A stretch of 62,807 nucleotides of DNA from the IMG/VR virus record IMGVR_UViG_3300027732_000008; one strand, given 5' to 3'. The notes below the pieces were generated by a model that was not told the origin of the DNA, ran no database searches, and saw only the letters and a list, made by a program, of their open reading frames with translations. The stretch comes from an uncultured virus (IMG/VR IMGVR_UViG_3300027732_000008) (taxonomy: Duplodnaviria; Heunggongvirae; Uroviricota; Caudoviricetes). Positions within the stretch are counted from its first letter, which is position 1. Each line of letters starts with the position of its first letter. Made by a program: the position numbers and the translations under genes. Of this stretch, positions 57,707 through 62,807 are shown one piece after another.

Positions 57707-58778
57707 AGCGTGTGAAGAACTGAGGAAAGTTCGTCATCTTTTTACGATCGAACACCACCTTGTAAGACTTCAATACAGTATGAGCACCCATGATAACCAT
57801 CTCAGGTTCAAAGTTCGCCATCATAAAACCCAGCCAGTTGTCTGCACTCTTGTTGAACTCGTCCAACTTGCCGGCTCGCTTGCCAGATTCATATCTGGTA
57901 CGAAGTTCATAGCTCAAGCTGGTGACCATTGCATAAGCGGCACTTACTTCTTTGCTCTTAAAAGTGGTAACTTTACCTGACAGCACATCTTCTGGCGCAG
58001 GCAAGTCTGCGGCATGTTTACGATGGCTCATAAACTTAATTGCCATACCCTCACCAACCAAGCCTGACACCATGTCTGTGTTGGCGCTGTCTGGCATGTC
58101 GTCATCAATCATGTCGCTTACAAAACTCCATGTACGAGGAGTAGCAAAGGCACGGTCGTGTTGTGTAGGATCAAAGTTGTACAGGTCGCCTTTGAACTGC
58201 TTCAAGAAGCCAACCACATGCGGATGGACTTGGTGCATGATGGCCCATTGTTCCCAGTCTTCAAAGTCTACACGGATTTCCAAGTGCATGAAGCGGTTGG
58301 CCAGTGGGCTAGGCATACGATAGGTAACACCCTTATCGCCCATACGGTTGCCCGCGGCAATCAGTACAACATTGTCTGGTAATTTGTATTGTCCAACCTT
58401 GCGGTTAAGGATAAGCTGGTAGGCCGCGGCCTGTACAGCAGGAGGAGCAGAGTTAAGCTCGTCTAAGAACAAGAATACAATGTCGTATTCTTTTGCAAAT
58501 TCCTCGGTAGGCAATTCTGAAGGGGTAGCCCACTTCATAGTATTGTCACCTGCACTATAATAAGGGACACCCTTAATATCTGTAGGATCCATCAGAGCCA
58601 TACGCAAGTCCACGACTGCGGAGTTGGGCCATTCTGCGGCAACTTGGTTGACCATGTCGCTTTTGCCGACTCCGGGAGGACCCCAGACAAAGACTGGGCG
58701 ACGCTTTTGTACTGCTCGGCGCAGGATAGGTTTGCACTCGCTAATCTTAACGGTGCGGGTTTCTACTTGATTTCCCAT
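57681..58778 (-). CDS. MoxR/dynein-related AAA+ ATPase
   Basis: Motifs GPPGVGKS, LFLDELN, AAGN, PLANRF and TPRTW. Confidence 0.9.
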   Translation of the reverse strand: MGNQVETRTVKISECKPILRRAVQKRRPVFVWGPPGVGKSDMVNQVAAEWPNSAVVDLRMALMDPTDIKGVPYYSAGDNTMKWATPSELPTEEFAKEYDIVFLFLDELNSAPPAVQAAAYQLILNRKVGQYKLPDNVVLIAAGNRMGDKGVTYRMPSPLANRFMHLEIRVDFEDWEQWAIMHQVHPHVVGFLKQFKGDLYNFDPTQHDRAFATPRTWSFVSDMIDDDMPDSANTDMVSGLVGEGMAIKFMSHRKHAADLPAPEDVLSGKVTTFKSKEVSAAYAMVTSLSYELRTRYESGKRAGKLDEFNKSADNWLGFMMANFEPEMVIMGAHTVLKSYKVVFDRKKMTNFPQFFTRYANLLTDE

Positions 58779-58814
58779 TTGGTGGCTCCTACTAGGGTTG
58801 TTTATGATACATGT

Positions 58815-58843
58815 AGTATAACAAAACTAGAGATTGTTGTCAA
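58815..58843 (-). promoter_or_regulatory. Sigma70-type early promoter
   Basis: TTGACA-17 nt-TATACT. Confidence 0.85.
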
Positions 58844-58860
58844 CCCCTAGTTTGCTATAA

Positions 58861-59217
58861 TTAGGCACTTGCCACAGATTCTGTAGCAGGGGCAACTTGT
58901 GCAACAAACTCAGAAGCATCAATAGCTTCTTTTGTCATTGCAAAGGGCAACTCGACAAACTTGACATCTGTGCAACCTGCACGGACCAGGGTACGAGTAC
59001 GGCGCTTGTCGTTGGTGTAACGAACTGCACCTTTACCATTTTTGCTGACAGCATACCCAACATGGGTAAAAGTCTCGCCATTGGTAACTGCTTCAATTGC
59101 GGCAGTGACAACAGCAGGCGCAACTGGTGCAACAACAGCAGATGCCATAACTTTGGCACGGGCACGAGCTTCACGCTTGCGGATTGCAGTAGGGGTCTGC
59201 GAAAGAACTTTAGACAT
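58861..59217 (-). CDS. Hypothetical early protein
   Basis: Start re-assigned to ATG 59217 (CAGGAG SD, downstream of a promoter); contains VRYTND..R...L.RAG.TDVKFVELP..MTK. Confidence 0.7.
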   Translation of the reverse strand: MSKVLSQTPTAIRKREARARAKVMASAVVAPVAPAVVTAAIEAVTNGETFTHVGYAVSKNGKGAVRYTNDKRRTRTLVRAGCTDVKFVELPFAMTKEAIDASEFVAQVAPATESVASA

Positions 59218-59272
59218 AAAAATACTCCTGTGTGTGTTTAAAAACATTGCAGAACCGTTCCGCAATATGTAT

Positions 59273-59301
59273 ACTATACTACAGACCCAGATCCTTGTCA
59301 A
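59273..59301 (-). promoter_or_regulatory. Sigma70-type early promoter
   Basis: TTGACA-17 nt-TATAGT, preceded by AAAAACAGG. Confidence 0.8.
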
Positions 59302-59443
59302 CCTGTTTTTGGTTCTTAGCGGTTCTTTTGTAGACTTTTTTGCTGTCCACAACTTTGGCCCTAAAAGGACTGTCAGCATGGTACAGCTCAATAGCTCTAC
59401 GCTTTGGCGCTTTAAACTTTAAAGTAAGGATCGTCCGTTTCAT
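59279..59443 (-). CDS. Small basic protein, ArfA-like motif
   Basis: 54 aa from ATG 59443: ELYHADSPFRAKVVDSKKVYKRTAKN. Confidence 0.6.
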   Translation of the reverse strand: MKRTILTLKFKAPKRRAIELYHADSPFRAKVVDSKKVYKRTAKNQKQVDKDLGL

Positions 59444-59452
59444 AGTGTTACT

Positions 59453-59481
59453 ATTATATGGCAACTAGAGCCAAGAGTCAA
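59453..59481 (-). promoter_or_regulatory. Sigma70-type early promoter
   Basis: TTGACT-17 nt-TATAAT, preceded by AAAAACAGG; ATG follows 9 nt after the -10 box. Confidence 0.8.
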
Positions 59482-59526
59482 CCTGTTTTTTAACTATTTT
59501 TGTTGTATTTTTACAACATCTATTGC

Positions 59527-59961
59527 TTAATTTTTAAGCAGAAATAGCGTTTTTGCTTGCTTTAGTATGGAACTCATACGCACAAAGTTAGTGCTCACTA
59601 ACTCTAACAGCTCGTCAGCTGGATTAGATGATGTACTGGCCATGCCAAATGCAATTTCTCCCATGTCAGCAAAGTATTTTGGATTTGGCCATCTTGGTTG
59701 CTTGATGCCCCATCCATCAATGAACAAGCATTCTTCTCCAATCTCTCGCATTATTGGTTTTCGCTTGATGCCTGGCAAGGCCTGTGCGCTTAGAATTTTA
59801 ATGGCAATTGGTTCGTTCCAAATATCAGTGCGTTCCATTGTGCGAGCAATGGTGTGAACTAAAAATGCCTCTATATCAGGCTCTAAAAAAGTCTGACTAG
59901 CACCCTGGGCTTCTACAACAATTTCCCACCCGGCTCTAACATATGGTTGCCAATTTTGCAT
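59527..59961 (-). CDS. Hypothetical protein
   Basis: Start re-assigned to ATG 59961, which is 5 nt after TAAATA (59967-59972). Confidence 0.7.
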   Translation of the reverse strand: MQNWQPYVRAGWEIVVEAQGASQTFLEPDIEAFLVHTIARTMERTDIWNEPIAIKILSAQALPGIKRKPIMREIGEECLFIDGWGIKQPRWPNPKYFADMGEIAFGMASTSSNPADELLELVSTNFVRMSSILKQAKTLFLLKN

Positions 59962-59996
59962 GTTGATATTTATTGGATGCAGAGAAGTTACCGGCA

Positions 59997-60380
59997 CTAA
60001 CCTTTGCCTTGTGCTTTTCGACTCAGCCCATCTAACCATAATATGATATCTTCATTGACCAATCGAATTTCCATTGCGTCTTGTTCTCCAAAGATGCGAA
60101 AGTAGCCGGCACCATGATAGTATGGCCAATCGAGATGTCGCTCTAGACCTATTAGGTGACCAGGCTTGGGACTCCAACCAACAGGACATTGATAAGACCA
60201 ATACCTAAAATGAGGCCGCATCAGTTCCCAACCGAAACTGGTTAACCGAAGTCCTTTTTGACGGCCTGGTTGATAATTTTTAAACACCGTGTAAGGCGTT
60301 ATCTTAGTGCTTGCCCAAATGTGCGGAACAGGGTACTGAGCCAGGTACTCAGTGATCTTTAAAGGAATTTCCTTGCTCAT
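59997..60380 (-). CDS. Hypothetical protein
   Basis: 127 aa; GLRLTSFG...LERHLDWPYY. Confidence 0.7.
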   Translation of the reverse strand: MSKEIPLKITEYLAQYPVPHIWASTKITPYTVFKNYQPGRQKGLRLTSFGWELMRPHFRYWSYQCPVGWSPKPGHLIGLERHLDWPYYHGAGYFRIFGEQDAMEIRLVNEDIILWLDGLSRKAQGKG

Positions 60381-60660
60381 TGATACGGCGCCCTTGTTTT
60401 AATTCAACAACTGAAAAATCTTCAACTTTGAACATTTTATTCAAACGATCGGCAAGGTTAAAAGCATGACCTGGATTAGAGAAGCTGACTTTTTTGTATT
60501 TAGGCCCTGGATAACTTACCAGGCTATTTAGAGTGCGAAGATTGATGGGCTTATCTTTGTAGAATACAGCATAGATAGCATCAGCCGCAAGCACTTCCTC
60601 ACTCTTGTATGTGCGAGGGTTTGTATTGGTTAGGAGGATGGTTGGCTTGGGTCTGGACAT
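60349..60660 (-). CDS. Hypothetical protein
   Basis: MSRPKPTILL...YPGPKYKKVSFSNPGHAFNLA; ATG 60660 is 5 nt after TAAATA (60666-60671). Confidence 0.75.
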   Translation of the reverse strand: MSRPKPTILLTNTNPRTYKSEEVLAADAIYAVFYKDKPINLRTLNSLVSYPGPKYKKVSFSNPGHAFNLADRLNKMFKVEDFSVVELKQGRRINEQGNSFKDH

Positions 60661-60708
60661 GCAGTTATTTATCAAAACAGCATATTTAATGACTGGATAA
60701 ACTACCGC

Positions 60709-61074
60709 TTAAATGAATTCTTTGGCTCTGAAAGATTTTAGATTTTTACCAGTTAATACCATACAACTTATACTGGTTTTACTTGCATCTGCTGTCATTC
60801 CAGATGCAACTATAGTCCAATTGCCTGTAGACTTACTGGCCCATATGGTCATTAATAAATTTAGTGTGTCAACTTCACCGGTAACAATGAGCTCTTCGCC
60901 AACACTGGCCAATGCACCTATGACTTCTTCGCTGGTAGAACAAGTCCATGGAACATTGGTTTGAAAGGCTGCGGCCAACACTGGCAAGCACTTTAATGCT
61001 AGGTATAGTACCAGTGCAATTACTGCAAACTTAGTTATAACTGGCCGCCAGCCAGTCTGTGTGTTGTTGAGCAT
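60709..61074 (-). CDS. Membrane-anchored/secreted hypothetical protein
   Basis: N-terminal hydrophobic segment; C..WTIV...C...G pattern; start uncertain. Confidence 0.6.
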   Translation of the reverse strand: MLNNTQTGWRPVITKFAVIALVLYLALKCLPVLAAAFQTNVPWTCSTSEEVIGALASVGEELIVTGEVDTLNLLMTIWASKSTGNWTIVASGMTADASKTSISCMVLTGKNLKSFRAKEFI

Positions 61075-62014
61075 TATCCGAAGCCTTCTGTAAACCATAT
61101 TTACCACAGAACTTCATAAAATGCGGCCCTACACTGGGATACTTTTCTTTTTGCACAGCTTCGGCAATACCTTGATCCAGTACAGCCTTGATGTTATCAG
61201 GTTGTGCTGTTAGGTCAATGATGGCTCGGTTTCGTTCGTAATCATCTCTAACCAAGTGTTCGACTTCTTCATGGTCGGTCCAACGCTGAAGCATGAGATT
61301 GTTCCACATGAAGCCTTTGTTATGACGATCTGCAAAAGCTTCTATTAGACCAACTTTATTCTTTGAACCTTTTGTACGCACTCCAGGAAACGCTGAGAAG
61401 ATGTTGTCACTGGTATCACCACGCATGCACTTTTCAAACAGCAACCATTCTGGATCAGGAGCAGGCTTTACTTCTTTGGTCTTTTTATCAACAATGGTCT
61501 TGCCCTTGTCATCAAAGTAACCTTCGTGCGTGGTCAGCACTCCGGCAATGCCATTATATAACTGAACATTGGGAGCCACCAACTGTTCAAAGTCGCCATC
61601 ACTTGAAACAATAATATGGTTGTCACTGGGATGCAGTTGTATCCAACGGGCAATAAAATCATCAGCTTCGCATACAGGATTACGCAATACTGTCACATTG
61701 GTGCGAGTACTGATGTATTCGTAAAACTTATCAAAGCTTTCCCAGAAGAGTTTTTCTTCTTCGGCTTCCTTGACTGTGTGCTTGGCTCGGGCATCAGACC
61801 GTTGTGCCTTGTAAGGTTTATAAACATCCTTACGCCAGCTTCTTCCTTCGAAGCAGAACACCACATGCTGTCCCTTGCGCTCTCGCCACTGTTTAAGCAC
61901 AGCGGCCAGAATAATATGATAACTCATGGCAACTCGTTCTTCAGGATCACCAGAACGGATCACATGACGGGCACGGAAGAAGAGATTAGCGGCATCAACA
62001 ATTAAATAGCTCAT
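61031..62014 (-). CDS. rnh: RNase H / 5'-3' exonuclease (T4 Rnh-like)
   Basis: Motifs LIVDAANLFFR, SWRK..Y..YK.QR, EADDFIA, VSSDGDFEQL and GDTSDNI; start re-assigned to ATG 62014. Confidence 0.9.
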   Translation of the reverse strand: MSYLIVDAANLFFRARHVIRSGDPEERVAMSYHIILAAVLKQWRERKGQHVVFCFEGRSWRKDVYKPYKAQRSDARAKHTVKEAEEEKLFWESFDKFYEYISTRTNVTVLRNPVCEADDFIARWIQLHPSDNHIIVSSDGDFEQLVAPNVQLYNGIAGVLTTHEGYFDDKGKTIVDKKTKEVKPAPDPEWLLFEKCMRGDTSDNIFSAFPGVRTKGSKNKVGLIEAFADRHNKGFMWNNLMLQRWTDHEEVEHLVRDDYERNRAIIDLTAQPDNIKAVLDQGIAEAVQKEKYPSVGPHFMKFCGKYGLQKASDNAQQHTDWLAASYN

Positions 62015-62020
62015 GTAGTT

Positions 62021-62049
62021 ATTGTAGCAGATGCTACCCTCAAAGTCAA
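62021..62049 (-). promoter_or_regulatory. Sigma70-type promoter, 6 nt before the rnh ATG
   Basis: TTGACT-17 nt-TACAAT-AACTAC-ATG. Confidence 0.75.
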
Positions 62050-62369
62050 GATTGATTTTTTGTTTTTTCGTTTGTGGCAACACGGCCACCGTCTGCTATA
62101 AAATCAGTAGTGGCTTGTCCGTCTTGACCCACATTACGACATAGGTCCGTGAACCATGCATCTACAATTTCTTCAGGAGCCATACCAGTATACCCACTTT
62201 TTCTAAGGAATATAACAAAGGCAGGATTCCATTCCAATTCAAAGTAACCTGATTTTGGATTATTTGGATCCACATGTGCTTTGATAACATTCACCCACGG
62301 CTCGGTACTATCACGCATTGACTTTGCTGTGTCTTTACTTTTAAATTTACTTTTTAACCAGTTAAACAT
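62046..62369 (-). CDS. Hypothetical protein
   Basis: EPWVNV...GYFELEWN..F...L...GY.G..EEIVDAWF.DLCRNV. Confidence 0.75.
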   Translation of the reverse strand: MFNWLKSKFKSKDTAKSMRDSTEPWVNVIKAHVDPNNPKSGYFELEWNPAFVIFLRKSGYTGMAPEEIVDAWFTDLCRNVGQDGQATTDFIADGGRVATNEKTKNQS

Positions 62370-62574
62370 ATTTTTCTTCTCGTTCTTTTAATTTAATCAA
62401 AACTTGTTCTCTCCATTCAACTGTTTCGCTATACCAACTAATTCGTTCTTCGTCGGTTCTAAAACAGCCAATGCACATTCCTTCACCATCTGTTGCACAA
62501 ATGCCTACGCATGGGTTGGTGTTGTTTGCATGCTCATCCGGCCCTGTCGAGGTAGTCATGTTGGTGCTCATCAA
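62362..62574 (-). CDS. DUF1289-like Cys-rich (Fe-S/Zn) protein
   Basis: NPCVGIC...CIGCFRT.EE...W. Confidence 0.75.
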   Translation of the reverse strand: MMSTNMTTSTGPDEHANNTNPCVGICATDGEGMCIGCFRTDEERISWYSETVEWREQVLIKLKEREEKYV

Positions 62575-62782
62575 TTGAAATCTTCTTCTTTGGTTTAAAT
62601 AATGCGGCTAACTGGTGCAACTTAGAATCAACATTCTTAGGCTGAATCAAGGACCTTGGAGCATAACCGGCGTATCTAACACTTTGTAAAGCATTAGATA
62701 CACCACAGAGTTTACACACATCTTCCAATTGGAGGGTGCTAATAACATTGTTAGAAAAACAAAGATGTTTCCAAGTTGCCAT
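62534..62782 (-). CDS. Hypothetical protein with CxxC
   Basis: 82-aa ORF with AAGGA SD; HLC..CKLCG. Confidence 0.55.
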   Translation of the reverse strand: MATWKHLCFSNNVISTLQLEDVCKLCGVSNALQSVRYAGYAPRSLIQPKNVDSKLHQLAALFKPKKKISIDEHQHDYLDRAG

Positions 62783-62807
62783 AATGTTATATATCCTTAA
62801 AATGTCA

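Noticed and set aside
1..62807. Alternative genetic code (stop-codon reassignment) as in some jumbo phages
   Set aside because: The standard code yields full-length, tightly packed genes, including an 11-kb ORF.
1..62807. tRNA or tmRNA genes
   Set aside because: No cloverleaf with a T-loop GTTCRA and acceptor stem recognised in the few intergenic gaps; not checked computationally.

Overview
This 62.8-kb window is part of a large, T4-superfamily-like myovirus (probably jumbo) phage genome. It uses the standard genetic code and is very densely coding. Left to right: (1) a minus-strand head module (major capsid, scaffold, gp21-type protease, acidic core protein, portal) directly downstream of a tape-measure gene; (2) a divergent tail-chaperone/gp26-like gene pair joined by a canonical -1 slippery site; (3) the only large non-coding gap (~650 nt), packed with hairpins favouring the minus strand and lying directly behind a minimal GIY-YIG gene; (4) gp46/gp47 recombination nucleases and an enlarged gp55-type late sigma factor; (5) a baseplate module including a 3696-aa protein; (6) tail-fibre-like genes, one with 21 GGY repeats; (7) a ~15-kb island of glycosyltransferase-like, methyltransferase, Fe/2OG oxygenase, GNAT, PP-loop amide ligase, desaturase/hydroxylase and ATP-grasp-like genes around thyX; (8) an early region with near-consensus sigma70 promoters (AAA ATPase/VWA pair, ArfA-like peptide, RNase H). 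The best candidates for novelty are the large structured RNA next to the GIY-YIG gene, the putative tail-fibre tailoring island beside the (GGY)n protein, and systematic leaderless late transcription (TAA[A/G]TA-N5-ATG). All product calls come from motif recognition by eye; no database searches were run.
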